Source: an uncultured virus (IMG/VR IMGVR_UViG_3300020183_006727)
Lineage: Duplodnaviria > Heunggongvirae > Uroviricota > Caudoviricetes
Direction: 5' to 3' (one strand)
Length of the DNA: 64,000 bases
IMG/VR virus record: IMGVR_UViG_3300020183_006727
Within the stretch, counting starts at the first letter, position 1, and the number at the start of each line of letters is the position of its first letter. Shown here piece after piece: positions 18,214 through 28,667 of this stretch. The notes beneath the pieces are model-generated. The model did not search any database and was not told the DNA's origin. It saw only the letters and a list, made by a program, of their open reading frames with translations. Both the position numbers and the translations under genes were made by a program.

Positions 18214-18552
18214 ATGAAATTCATCACAAAGATTCCATTAATCATGTTGGGAATATGCTTCGCAGCAATATGCTTCGCAGCAATATGCTTCGCAGCAGGC
18301 TGCTCCAGTGACCCGGTCATCATCCCCAACAAGACGACAGACAACGCAGTGATGCTGGAGTTGAAAACAAAACTCGCAGAACCGGGCGTCCACACATCCA
18401 GCTACGGATGGCTCTTCTGGTACGCACCACTGGCAACCATCCTCCTCATGTGGGGGTGGAGAAACCTTATCAAAAAACCACTCGACTGCATCGAAAAAGA
18501 GCCTGATTCGTTGAAGATCCAAACCAAGATCGACGACAACCCAGAGACCTGA
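18214..18552 (+). CDS. Putative lipoprotein with an additional C-proximal TM segment
   Basis: Lipobox-like FAAGC; (ICFAA)x3 from a 15-bp repeat at 18252-18296; YGWLFWYAPLATILLMWGW. Confidence 0.6.
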   Translation: MKFITKIPLIMLGICFAAICFAAICFAAGCSSDPVIIPNKTTDNAVMLELKTKLAEPGVHTSSYGWLFWYAPLATILLMWGWRNLIKKPLDCIEKEPDSLKIQTKIDDNPET

Positions 18553-18729
18553 TCGACCCCTGAGGTTCGGGAAGAAATGCGGCTCCAAACCCCCAGAGGC
18601 GGTGTCCCTGCTGGGGATGACAACTTTCTAGTTCCGTTTGTGTGACGGGTTATTTACAGCCCTTGGGTGCAGCACCTGTCTCTAGAGGTGTGTTCTCCAG
18701 TGCCATGTAAGATGTCGTGTGGAGACACC

Positions 18730-19458
18730 ATGAACTGGTTCAAGAGGGCTGAAGGTGAGGGGGAGGTTGGCTTCAGGCACCTGAAGCGCTGGAGAACCCC
18801 GAGCAATTATTTCGGTGCGGAATGGGATGGCTGGTATGCGGCCCCCGTCAGACGCCACCGAGATTCGGAAATCCTGGATAACTCGAACTGGGAGGTGCAG
18901 CTGGAGAGGATACCCGAATCAGAGACAGTGCAGGCGGTGACTGAGAGCCACTTTGCGGTGGGATGGGTCGAGTGGCTTGCCATCCACGAGTCAGACAGGG
19001 GGGCACTGGCAGAGGCGGAGAAGATAGGAGAGCAGTTAGAAAACTATCCCATACTGGACGAAGATCACTACAGCCAACTCGAGTGGAAGACGATGGAGGA
19101 GAGCGGCATGATCCACGACCCGAACAGTGGTGAGTGGGTGGACGAAGTCGAAGGGGAGTGGAAGGGCAGGTTGGAGGGGATCAGTATACCTGGCATGGAC
19201 GGGGTGACAGCATCAGGGGAATTTATCATCACATACATGCTGAACAGGGAAGAACTCAAAGTGACAAATGCGAAACCTATCTACATGGAAGTGAAGAAAC
19301 CACGTGGTCGGGTAGTGGTTGTCACCAATGGGAATGAGCTCAACCCTGGAGGAATTGTGAAGAGAGTGATGGAGTCACTGATGGAAATGGGCTCAGAAGC
19401 GCATGCCGAAAAGGTCTTTGACCAGATGCGGGCCCAACTGGAGAGCAAATACTTCTGA
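18730..19458 (+). CDS. Hypothetical protein with MNWFKRA leader
   Basis: GGAGA RBS; RDS..L..SNW and HFAVGWVEW motifs. Confidence 0.75.
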   Translation: MNWFKRAEGEGEVGFRHLKRWRTPSNYFGAEWDGWYAAPVRRHRDSEILDNSNWEVQLERIPESETVQAVTESHFAVGWVEWLAIHESDRGALAEAEKIGEQLENYPILDEDHYSQLEWKTMEESGMIHDPNSGEWVDEVEGEWKGRLEGISIPGMDGVTASGEFIITYMLNREELKVTNAKPIYMEVKKPRGRVVVVTNGNELNPGGIVKRVMESLMEMGSEAHAEKVFDQMRAQLESKYF

Positions 19459-19600
19459 AGGGGGATGCACCCCCATCTCAAAACCAACCCAGAGTTTTCG
19501 TATATAACCCCCCGGAAATATATTTTCTAAAAAAAACCCTGCGCCCCCAGAGAGGGGGTCTGTAAAAAAAAATTTACGTGGGAGACGGTCGGCGGATATT

Positions 19601-19699
19601 CTAGAACCCGAACATCTGCGCGATGATCATCCCCAAAATGAAGCTTGCTGTTGCAGTTATGAACTTGGTTGCAACAGTATTGAAATCATCCTCATCCAT
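19601..19699 (-). CDS. 32-aa single-TM peptide
   Basis: GGGAGG RBS; MDEDDFNTVATKFITATASFILGMIIAQMFGF. Confidence 0.5.
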   Translation of the reverse strand: MDEDDFNTVATKFITATASFILGMIIAQMFGF

Positions 19700-19709
19700 G
19701 TGAACCTCC

Positions 19710-20777
19710 CTACAAGTGCCTACGCCGCATGAGCATACGCATACTAGCCTTCACGAGTTCATCTGCAGATCCGTGCGGCGAGGAAATTGTGTCAAGCATA
19801 TTCCCGACCCAGCGCTCCTTCAGGATAGAGCGCGTTTCGTCGGAATCCCATGCGTCATCTGCGCAGATGTGGACGCATTTGTGAGCAGAAAGAATCTTCA
19901 ATTCGGAAGGGCTGTCCTTAAGGTCTTTTCCTCCGACAGAATATCCGATCACCTTACCGTTCTCGATTGCGGAGGACATGGCGGCGTTGTCCACCAATAC
20001 GGCATTGGCGAGGTTGACGACGATGGCACCCCTGCACCGACCAAGCAAATCTCCATCGATCATCCCCAGATTTTTACCTTCACCTTCGCTGACCGTCTTC
20101 ATGCTGATGCAGATCACATCGCACTGGGAGAACAGGGTTTTGAGTGGCGTGATCTCCAGGCCGGGCTTGGGCGCATGGTTCCAGCCGATAACATCCATCC
20201 CCGTGCAGCGCAAGAGTTGTGCAACCTCCGAACCGATGTTGCCGCAACCGACGATCCCCGCCCTCTTGTTGAGCAGATTGATACCCTTGCGGGTTTTGGC
20301 ATCTTTTCCTGAAACAACATCCATGTAAGCAAGGTGTCTGTTTCTGGAGTGGAGGAGAACCTCGCACAGGACAGTTTCAGCAACGCTTCTGGTTGAATAG
20401 TTATCCACAGAAGTCAGTTGCACGCCAGCAGCAGATGCTTCATGGGGGCTGAAATAGTCAAGGCCTGTCATGTCAACGCATATTGACTGGAGATCGGCAG
20501 TGCCTGGGTTTGAGTAGAAAGATTTGGTGAGCTTAGAATTGCCCTTCATTTTGACTGCGTCCATGTTGAGCATCAGGTGGTCGAAGCCAGAGCACATCTG
20601 CGCCAACTTCTGCTCGGATATGGGTTCCGTTATAACCAATTTCATGTCCGCAACATCACTGATGGGCTGCAGGTCTTTCTTCTCAATCATCCCCGAAATG
20701 GAGACGACGAGCACCTTTGGCTTGCGGGATGCAAGTTTTGCATGCGTTGACTTGTATAGGTTAAATATGTTCTTCAT
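19710..20777 (-). CDS. D-isomer-specific 2-hydroxyacid dehydrogenase-like protein (divergent active site)
   Basis: TGLDY, NYSTRSVAE, Rossmann GIVGCGNIG, DVICI. Confidence 0.8.
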   Translation of the reverse strand: MKNIFNLYKSTHAKLASRKPKVLVVSISGMIEKKDLQPISDVADMKLVITEPISEQKLAQMCSGFDHLMLNMDAVKMKGNSKLTKSFYSNPGTADLQSICVDMTGLDYFSPHEASAAGVQLTSVDNYSTRSVAETVLCEVLLHSRNRHLAYMDVVSGKDAKTRKGINLLNKRAGIVGCGNIGSEVAQLLRCTGMDVIGWNHAPKPGLEITPLKTLFSQCDVICISMKTVSEGEGKNLGMIDGDLLGRCRGAIVVNLANAVLVDNAAMSSAIENGKVIGYSVGGKDLKDSPSELKILSAHKCVHICADDAWDSDETRSILKERWVGNMLDTISSPHGSADELVKASMRMLMRRRHL

Positions 20778-20781
20778 GTGC

Positions 20782-22143
20782 TCATTCCTGATCTGGTTCC
20801 ATGGGCTTCGTCCATCCGCTCGCTGGGCCAACGCCTGAAGAGTCAGGCCCCCATGTCCCCTGTTCATATTTTTGCGTTTTGGGCTGACCACCTACAACCC
20901 GATCAAATATTCTCCACTGGTGATCAACCTCGTCTTTTCTTGAGAAGAATGTTGCATCTCCGACCATGGCCATGCTGAAAAGACGTTCATAGGTGGGGAT
21001 CTGCTGGTGGGTCTCCAGTTGGATGCGCAAAATATCCCCATCAACCACGCAGTTTTCTGGCCATTCGACATCGGGAACCTTCCGCATCTTGATGACCACC
21101 TCGGTGCTGGTGATGGGCATGCGCTTCCCGGATCTGAGGTGGAATGTCGTTCCTTTCCATCTCGGGTTGTTGATGGACATCTTCATGGCTGCATATGTCT
21201 CTGTTTTGGACCCCGATTTGACCCCCGGCTCCTTGAGATATCCCTCAAACTGACCGACGACGAGATCTTCAGGGTTCACCTGGGCAACCCTGGACAGGAG
21301 GTCTGACTTCTTGTCACGGATCGAGTCGCCTGCGCCATATGGCTCCATGCACAGGAAGGACAGAACCTGCATCAGGTGGTTCTGCACCACGTCCCTGATG
21401 CATCCTGCGTGGTCGTAAAACTGACCCCTCTCCTTGATGCCGAAGTCTTCCACCATGGATATCTCCACAGATGTGATGTTCTTGCTGTTCCAGAAGCGGT
21501 CAAGCTCAGGGTCGTCAAACCTGATGTCAAGGATGCTGCGCACCCCATCCTTGCCGAGGAAGTGATCCATTCTGAAGACATCTGCCTCGTCGAATGCAGA
21601 ATGAACAACCCTGTTGAGTTCCCGTGCAGATTCCCTGTCCTCGCCGAAAGGCTTCTCAATCACCAGTCTGGAGCCGCGATTGCATCCTGAATTCTTCAGA
21701 CCAAGTATTGCAGGCTTGAATGCTTGGGGCGGGAGTGCCAGGTAGATGAGGGGATGCCTGCAGCCACGAAGCGATGCCTTCAGTTCATTGAAGTCTTGTG
21801 GGCTTTCCACATCGCCACTGATGTAGTGCAGGCGCTCTGCTACTTCTTTAATTACATTTTCTTCTGCGTCCTCGACATTGGAACGCATCATGTCGACCAG
21901 TTGACTGTTTGATAATTTTTCTCTTGCGAAGCCAATCACTGGCATGTCCAACTTGCCATCATGGGCCAAACCATGGAGTGCAGAGAATATTTGTTTTTTG
22001 GCAAGATCCCCGGAAATTCCAAAAATGACAATGCCGTCAGACCTTGGATGCGATGGATAGTTGCTCAGCCACCCTGTTCTTCTGCCTATCTTGAGCCACT
22101 CTGATTTGGAAAATTTGCGATGAATTTTACATCTCCTACACAA
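20782..22143 (-). CDS. zwf: Glucose-6-phosphate 1-dehydrogenase with phage leader; start uncertain
   Basis: IFGISGDLAKK, YLALPP, EKPFG, RMDHFLGK, RDVVQNHL, RW.G..F.LRSGK. Confidence 0.95.
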   Translation of the reverse strand: MCRRCKIHRKFSKSEWLKIGRRTGWLSNYPSHPRSDGIVIFGISGDLAKKQIFSALHGLAHDGKLDMPVIGFAREKLSNSQLVDMMRSNVEDAEENVIKEVAERLHYISGDVESPQDFNELKASLRGCRHPLIYLALPPQAFKPAILGLKNSGCNRGSRLVIEKPFGEDRESARELNRVVHSAFDEADVFRMDHFLGKDGVRSILDIRFDDPELDRFWNSKNITSVEISMVEDFGIKERGQFYDHAGCIRDVVQNHLMQVLSFLCMEPYGAGDSIRDKKSDLLSRVAQVNPEDLVVGQFEGYLKEPGVKSGSKTETYAAMKMSINNPRWKGTTFHLRSGKRMPITSTEVVIKMRKVPDVEWPENCVVDGDILRIQLETHQQIPTYERLFSMAMVGDATFFSRKDEVDHQWRIFDRVVGGQPKTQKYEQGTWGPDSSGVGPASGWTKPMEPDQE

Positions 22144-22244
22144 TATATTTACACATACAAGACCATATCCTGCATATTTTTACAAGCAGTACGCCAAAAT
22201 GCGACATAAACAGACTAGAGGATGTAGTGTGGATAGATGGAAAT

Positions 22245-22973
22245 ATGTTGCTAGTCGTGGACATAGAATCTTTGGAAAAAATCGGCAGGATGGCAGGGTG
22301 GATCAAGTCTGCCATGTACAACCACAAAACGGGAAACGAGAACATGAAAAAAGTTTCGGGCATGGGTAACATGATGGGGGTGACAGGACATTCTGGTGGA
22401 GAAGTTGGCGAATGGAAGTCATATACGGACAACGATAGAGAGCGCTTCGATGTCGCAAAACTGTCGAATGATGCCCTCGGCAAAATAAAGGACACAATTG
22501 GATACAAGACTTCGGGTGAGCAACTAAAACTCGGAGGCTATGAGTATGGGACAGTCTATGTCATGCGTAGCGGTCAGCAGCAGCATGTCTCAGAAAGCAC
22601 CACTCACGGCTATAGGGCAGATTTGGACTACACAGAGAATGTCAGACCTGAACACTACAACAAGCGTGACGAAAAGCAGGACGCCTCTGTTATAATTGAA
22701 AATCTCCAAACAACAGGACATCGTGTCACCGTGAAGGCGTATGCCTCATTCAGTCCGCTCGAGTATCTTTCGCTGAGGGGTAGGTCGGGGGGGCCGGCAT
22801 CGGTGGCAAGCATGGTCATAAAGCGCGGCTCTGTGGAGGTCGATATTCACGAACCAGAGCAAAGTTGGTCAGAAAAGAAGAAGCCGGGTTTCTTTGCTAG
22901 GCTCTTCGGCAAGGCAACCTCATATGGATGGGTGAAGACAGCATCGGGATGGACTATCAACAAAACAGGTTGA
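22245..22973 (+). CDS. Hypothetical protein with KIGRMAGWIKSA leader and GWVKTA tail
   Basis: Long ORF; start uncertain. Confidence 0.7.
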   Translation: MLLVVDIESLEKIGRMAGWIKSAMYNHKTGNENMKKVSGMGNMMGVTGHSGGEVGEWKSYTDNDRERFDVAKLSNDALGKIKDTIGYKTSGEQLKLGGYEYGTVYVMRSGQQQHVSESTTHGYRADLDYTENVRPEHYNKRDEKQDASVIIENLQTTGHRVTVKAYASFSPLEYLSLRGRSGGPASVASMVIKRGSVEVDIHEPEQSWSEKKKPGFFARLFGKATSYGWVKTASGWTINKTG

Positions 22974-23002
22974 CATACCAAGTTCAGAGCCGTACTTTGT
23001 GG

Positions 23003-23194
23003 TCATGTGAATCTGTGAACCTCCTTGTCTATGCCGTTTGCATCAACAACCTGCACCACATCGGTGACATGCCCCATTGACTCCAAGGTTCTTGAAACAA
23101 AATTACATGAATTGTACAATCCATATGCCTTGGTCTTTTGTTCGTAGATATAGCGGTCTTTGAGTACAAATTGTATGCGTTTCTGGGATGTCAT
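23003..23194 (-). pseudogene. Possible truncated N-terminus of a phage glycosyltransferase-like protein
   Basis: GLYNS.NF...L...G...VVDAN.IDKEV resembles the start of a longer phage protein family (from recall); stops after 63 aa. Confidence 0.35.
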
Positions 23195-23268
23195 TTTTCT
23201 CCGATGTCGACAGACTTCGTTATTGAATTATATGCTTGTAACCTCCCAAGGATGATTGCAATATCAAG

Positions 23269-23307
23269 AGGAGTGGGGAAAGTCTGTTGGAAATTAACAC
23301 CTAGATG
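23269..23307 (+). promoter_or_regulatory. AGG-N18-GAAAT promoter-like motif (also + 22219, + 44536, - 44549, - 56240; variants + 18686, + 26664, + 30332, + 49588, - 22171)
   Basis: Spacing counted by hand; intergenic, usually 6-10 nt before a start codon. Confidence 0.65.
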
Positions 23308-26300
23308 AAGAATATATACAGATCAGAAGATGGTCTCATCAAGGTTGCTGAATCAGAAGCAATCAGAAGACATCAAACAGCCTACTATGTCGCAGAAACC
23401 GACCATAACATGGAACGGGTAGCATCGAATGTATTTCGGAACAAAGAAGTTTTTGAGTATGTTATAGGGAACATGATCGCAAGGTTAGGAAATAATTCGG
23501 TGGACACCGTCATGGGTGTGCAGCTGACAGAACTAGAAATCAAGGTTCTGAAGAGGGTGATGAACAATCCGAACGACATACCTGGAGGGCATAGGCTGCT
23601 GTTCGCTTGGCTCGCTGGTTCGATCTTCAATGTGGCTTTGTACATTTCGCTCTCGTCACCATGGATGCTTGAAAGGGCCAACAAGGAAAAAATTGAATAC
23701 GACAAATTAGCCAGCTGGGTCGTTGACGAACTTCCGTATGGCTCAGTTGGTAAAATAGTTTTAGAGATGTTAGAAAAACCGATTTCCACAAAACTGCTCC
23801 AGTCAATGCACCTGGTCGCACTTAGCAGTCTAAATTATGCTGGTCCAACTTGGGTCAATATGACAGACCGTCCAAATTCTAACTTTCCAGTTGCGTTGCA
23901 AAGATTGCTGCGACCTGCGGTTAATGGTCTTGGCGAGAACAGGCACGAGCAGGCCACCAAATTAATCTTGGATTGGTTCGATAAGAACGCATATCCTCCG
24001 TCATGGCTCATGAAAGAATTTGACGAGATCATGAGCGGTAAAGTTGATGGAGAAAAGTTCAAAACTTTCAGGCAGATTATAATCGATTGGCCTGGGTTAT
24101 TTTATGAAAACAACTTCCCAGAGTGGTCCGCAAAATATCTTGAGATGTTGATGAGGGGGGATCCGCCCTACCATGTCATGGCTGATAAGAAGCGGGAAAT
24201 CCAGAGCCGAATCATGGACAGTTTCCTGCTCGCAAAACAGCCAGAGTTTATCAATCAGCTGCTTTCAGATGCCATGCTTTCTGGTGAGATCGACGAGAAT
24301 TCTTACATCAACAAGCTGACAAATTATCTCATTTCAGAGAAGAATAAAGATGCCCCCCCAAGGATTAAGGATGAATGGCTTGAACCAGTCGTTGGCAAAC
24401 TGCTGAGGGATGGCAGGTTCAGGGACGATGAGGGGAGGCAGGCTGCGGTCTGGTGGCTCCAAAGGATGGGCGGCGGAGAATTGGAGACCCCACAGAAGAC
24501 GGCGTCTGCCTCAACTCCCCTCCTGCGGAAGGACAGGTTCGATGGGTTGATACGCACCATGCTGTCTGCGGCAAGCAAGAGGATGAGCAGCCCATGGCAG
24601 CCGCCAGTCGGAGCGGAGAAGCTGAAAATGACAGAAAGATCACTGAGGAGTGTTTGGGAATACGCACTGACAAACGATGTGCCAGATGTCTTACACAATC
24701 ACATGATTGTCATTTGTGAGCAATATGGCGGATGGCCTGGCATGTATGTCAGTGCCATGCGTTTTCTTCCACAACTGATGGAGAAATATGGCGAAGCAGG
24801 CACACTGTTGAGCATCATGAAGACAAAAACAGCAAATGATTTTGAAGAATTTATGTTCGGGTGGCATCATCAGCACAAGAAGAACATGGCAGAGACCGAA
24901 GCCATCATGGAATACAAGAAGACATTCAAAATCGGAGAGAACATGCATTGGCGTGTTGAAATGCTTGCAACGGCTCCTGCAATCAGTGCACACAGCACCC
25001 ACCAAGACCATACGGGCATCGATTCAGACGGCGTGGCCAAGCCTCTCTTGGTGTATGACATCTACAAAGGACGAGGATCCGATGTCCTACCGCTGAATAA
25101 GGTGGGAAGCCTGTTTTTTATAACACCCAAAAATCCAAAACACCAAGGTGAGGGATATACGGCAAGAATCAACTCCATGCATGACGAGCACATCGAAGAA
25201 TATTTTGGATCCGAAGAACCAGAAGAAAATGATATGTACAGCATTGTGAAAACATCAGTAGTCAACGAGCATGGAGATGAACTTGATAGGGATGCATGGA
25301 GGGCAGTCGTGCTTGGTCGACCGATGCCCAAGGGGTTCGTAAGGTTTGTAGAACAAAATGCGAATCCTGAAATGTCAGAATTTCTTCTTAGATATGTATC
25401 TGATACGGAATGGGAAGGCAATGAAAACGATGCGCTCGATGATTTGCAATCCGGTCAATCTTTCATGAATTTGATAATTAGACGCCTTGAGGCTCTCGTG
25501 CAGGGAGGGTCTGAAAGTAGACTGAAGCAATTTCTACTAAATATGGCGGCAGATCGAAATTTGCTTGAATCATTCAGTTCTACTGTGCACCTGTACGGGC
25601 TTGCCAGTTGGAGAGCGGAAGCCACCATGATGACGGAATCTGGAGGTTTTGACACTGGTTGGTCAAGGCGAAATGTTTTTGCCGAAAAACTCGGCAATGT
25701 GATCAAGAATATTGCCAAGGAGAACAGTGACAGCACACCTGAGTCGTTTGCGGATCTTGTCTTTGCTCTGATGCATTCACACCTGATTGACAATTGGATC
25801 AGGATCAGTATTGCACAGCAAGCAAGTCCATGTCGATGGATAAAAAGGCTGTGGGCTCTTGCAATGCTCTCTGGAGACTTGGGAGATGAGGGCATGTCAA
25901 TATATACACATCACAAAGATGATGGCTCAAATTCTCCATTAAGTGATCTCAATCCACAGGTCATGAAAAAAATGCTTCCAGATTCACAAGCTGCTGCTGA
26001 CCTTATAGAAAGATCATACCTAAGTAGCAAAAAATTCCAATATTGGTCTCCTGCAATGGCTCAACTTAATGAGGCGAACGAAGACAGTGAATTACCCACC
26101 ATAATAAAAGACATGATAGACATGTACCGTCAAGAGATCCTGGGAGACAAGAGGGTTATAGAATATGCAGAAAGGTACTGCAGAGTACATGGGCATTTGA
26201 GCGATTATTCAAAAAAAATAATGATCGGAAATCTCGGGAACAAGGGCGGGATACTCCCGTGGCAGTTGGAACCCAAAAAAGGCGTGCCAGAATTTGCTGT

Positions 26301-26661
26301 GATAGAAGTGGCCAAAGAGTGCGCAAAGAGTGGCAATAGAATTTGCAAAAGATTATTTCTAGAAGCACTTTTTTCACAATTGATGAATACTAACTACCCG
26401 AGGGCAACTGAGATAGTGTCATTTGTTTTCAAATTGCTATTTGATGATTTTCACACCGAACACAAGCTTAATATTTTCCGTCATTTCGGAGTTCTTCCAC
26501 CCTACATACTGGCTGACAGAGAGGTCTGGGGGGGAGGCACATCGTCCAAATTGGAAGAAAGGGTGGGGAATCTCCTTCGAGAGAACAATAGTGGCATGAG
26601 CATTCAGCAGGCCATCCAAAACTGGAAGTCTCAAGTCGCCTCCATGATTGGCATATCTTAA
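23305..26661 (+). CDS. Large (1118 aa) hypothetical protein, candidate virion internal protein
   Basis: Long ORF with KVA/RVA/KTA sites. Confidence 0.85.
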   Translation: MKNIYRSEDGLIKVAESEAIRRHQTAYYVAETDHNMERVASNVFRNKEVFEYVIGNMIARLGNNSVDTVMGVQLTELEIKVLKRVMNNPNDIPGGHRLLFAWLAGSIFNVALYISLSSPWMLERANKEKIEYDKLASWVVDELPYGSVGKIVLEMLEKPISTKLLQSMHLVALSSLNYAGPTWVNMTDRPNSNFPVALQRLLRPAVNGLGENRHEQATKLILDWFDKNAYPPSWLMKEFDEIMSGKVDGEKFKTFRQIIIDWPGLFYENNFPEWSAKYLEMLMRGDPPYHVMADKKREIQSRIMDSFLLAKQPEFINQLLSDAMLSGEIDENSYINKLTNYLISEKNKDAPPRIKDEWLEPVVGKLLRDGRFRDDEGRQAAVWWLQRMGGGELETPQKTASASTPLLRKDRFDGLIRTMLSAASKRMSSPWQPPVGAEKLKMTERSLRSVWEYALTNDVPDVLHNHMIVICEQYGGWPGMYVSAMRFLPQLMEKYGEAGTLLSIMKTKTANDFEEFMFGWHHQHKKNMAETEAIMEYKKTFKIGENMHWRVEMLATAPAISAHSTHQDHTGIDSDGVAKPLLVYDIYKGRGSDVLPLNKVGSLFFITPKNPKHQGEGYTARINSMHDEHIEEYFGSEEPEENDMYSIVKTSVVNEHGDELDRDAWRAVVLGRPMPKGFVRFVEQNANPEMSEFLLRYVSDTEWEGNENDALDDLQSGQSFMNLIIRRLEALVQGGSESRLKQFLLNMAADRNLLESFSSTVHLYGLASWRAEATMMTESGGFDTGWSRRNVFAEKLGNVIKNIAKENSDSTPESFADLVFALMHSHLIDNWIRISIAQQASPCRWIKRLWALAMLSGDLGDEGMSIYTHHKDDGSNSPLSDLNPQVMKKMLPDSQAAADLIERSYLSSKKFQYWSPAMAQLNEANEDSELPTIIKDMIDMYRQEILGDKRVIEYAERYCRVHGHLSDYSKKIMIGNLGNKGGILPWQLEPKKGVPEFAVIEVAKECAKSGNRICKRLFLEALFSQLMNTNYPRATEIVSFVFKLLFDDFHTEHKLNIFRHFGVLPPYILADREVWGGGTSSKLEERVGNLLRENNSGMSIQQAIQNWKSQVASMIGIS

Positions 26662-26698
26662 AAAGGGTTGGTGCATTATTTTTGTTAAATATTGTTTA

Positions 26699-27721
26699 AT
26701 GGAGGACAGGATGGCAGACATACAGGAAATAGCATCAGGACTGCAATTTAGGCCTGTCAGGAAGAAATCAAATATTAATTACAGGTATATGCCTGATGCC
26801 GATTACGGCAGTATGCAGCCGCTCACCTACACTGTCCTTAGCAGGAGAGAGAGGATAGTGACAGACCTTGATAAGACCTCTAAGGAGGGGATGCCTGGGG
26901 ATATACTCATATCTGGACCCAAGGGAGAAGTATATGTTGTTGACAGTAGTCAGTTCAGCAACAAATACGATGGGGAAATTGGCGGCGACATCAGACCTAA
27001 AGGGGACATAAGGTATGCGGCCCTGTATGGAGGCCCAGAAGAGATAAACTTCAAGGCATCATGGGGAGAAGATATGGTGCTCAAGCCAGGCGACCAGCTG
27101 ATGCGTGACGGAGACAAGGGGTTCTACAGAATAGATGGCGCAGTATTCTCTGAGACATACGAAGAGGTAGAAGACGACATGGAAAAGGTCGCCAGCCTTG
27201 ACAGATGGTTCAAGGAGAAGTGGGTTGACATATCGCGCAGGGACGAGGATGGGAAGCACCCGCCTTGTGGAAGAAGTGATGCCTCAAAGGGGGCGTACCC
27301 AAAATGTCGTCCATCTAAAAAAGTATCTCGCCAGACCCCATCAACATCGCGCGGCATGAGCGACGACGAAAAGAAAAGAGCCACAAGACAGAAGAGAACT
27401 GCAGAGAAGAAGAAGAGAGTTGGGAAGAAGCCGCACATGACATCACACCACAAGCTCAAGGGCGCCGATGCCGCAACCTGGTGGAAGAGGGCCAAGTCTG
27501 GCTACAACATGCCCATGGAAGACATGTGCAGAGACAGCGAGAACTTGGCAGCAAGTATGATATCAGGTGCAAAAGATCTCATGCGCTCTGCCGACTTTCA
27601 TCATGAATTGAACAAATTGGAGATTCCTGACTTTCGCAACTGTGGGGACGCCGAATGTTGCGAAAAGAAGATATCAGAACTGCAAGATGAGATAGAGATC
27701 ATAATTGATATATATCGATGA
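26699..27721 (+). CDS. Multi-module protein: PGD-repeat (PGDYG-like) domain, basic WFKEKWVD/CGR/YPKCRP domain, C-terminal module
   Basis: Modules separated by EKVA and WWKRA. Confidence 0.75.
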   Translation: MEDRMADIQEIASGLQFRPVRKKSNINYRYMPDADYGSMQPLTYTVLSRRERIVTDLDKTSKEGMPGDILISGPKGEVYVVDSSQFSNKYDGEIGGDIRPKGDIRYAALYGGPEEINFKASWGEDMVLKPGDQLMRDGDKGFYRIDGAVFSETYEEVEDDMEKVASLDRWFKEKWVDISRRDEDGKHPPCGRSDASKGAYPKCRPSKKVSRQTPSTSRGMSDDEKKRATRQKRTAEKKKRVGKKPHMTSHHKLKGADAATWWKRAKSGYNMPMEDMCRDSENLAASMISGAKDLMRSADFHHELNKLEIPDFRNCGDAECCEKKISELQDEIEIIIDIYR

Positions 27722-28260
27722 CTGTCAGTAGGCCAAGTGCACTCGACTTTTGGCCAAATGATGTCGTTGGCAAGGAATCACTCAGTCGACTAAGAACTTA
27801 CGCCCAAGAACTTCGTGCCATTTTTGGCAGCATTGATACAATACCTGATCGAGTAAAATCGCTATGGCAGAAACCCGATGAATACAAAAAAGATATAAGT
27901 GACATGACTTCTTATTTGCAGTTAGTGCAAAAAATTCCGGATTATATAGAAGAGGTGGTCGATCTTTCAACAGAATATGTAATTTCAGTGCATGGTTCTG
28001 GAATAGAAATGGAAGATGACGGAAAACTTCACCATGCTTACTCCATATCATCGAGACAACTAGCCGTGGACATGTGCATGAGCAACCCTTCAGGGTCCTA
28101 CACCATCCTCCGGATGTACCTACCTGCGGTTGCAGATCCCCTCGACAGGCTCAAAGAGATGATCAGGATGGCTTCAGAGTCCAGTAGAGAGGGTATCAAG
28201 GATGCTTTTGACCTGGTGGTGCCCAAAGAGTGGAAAAAGTTGCTTGCCGCCCAGGTCTGA
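27718..28260 (+). CDS. Hypothetical protein
   Basis: Coupled ORF (ATGA). Confidence 0.7.
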   Translation: MTVSRPSALDFWPNDVVGKESLSRLRTYAQELRAIFGSIDTIPDRVKSLWQKPDEYKKDISDMTSYLQLVQKIPDYIEEVVDLSTEYVISVHGSGIEMEDDGKLHHAYSISSRQLAVDMCMSNPSGSYTILRMYLPAVADPLDRLKEMIRMASESSREGIKDAFDLVVPKEWKKLLAAQV

Positions 28261-28286
28261 CCCGCCACAGTCGTAAGATTGTTGGC

Positions 28287-28663
<377 letters not shown>

Positions 28664-28667
<4 letters not shown>

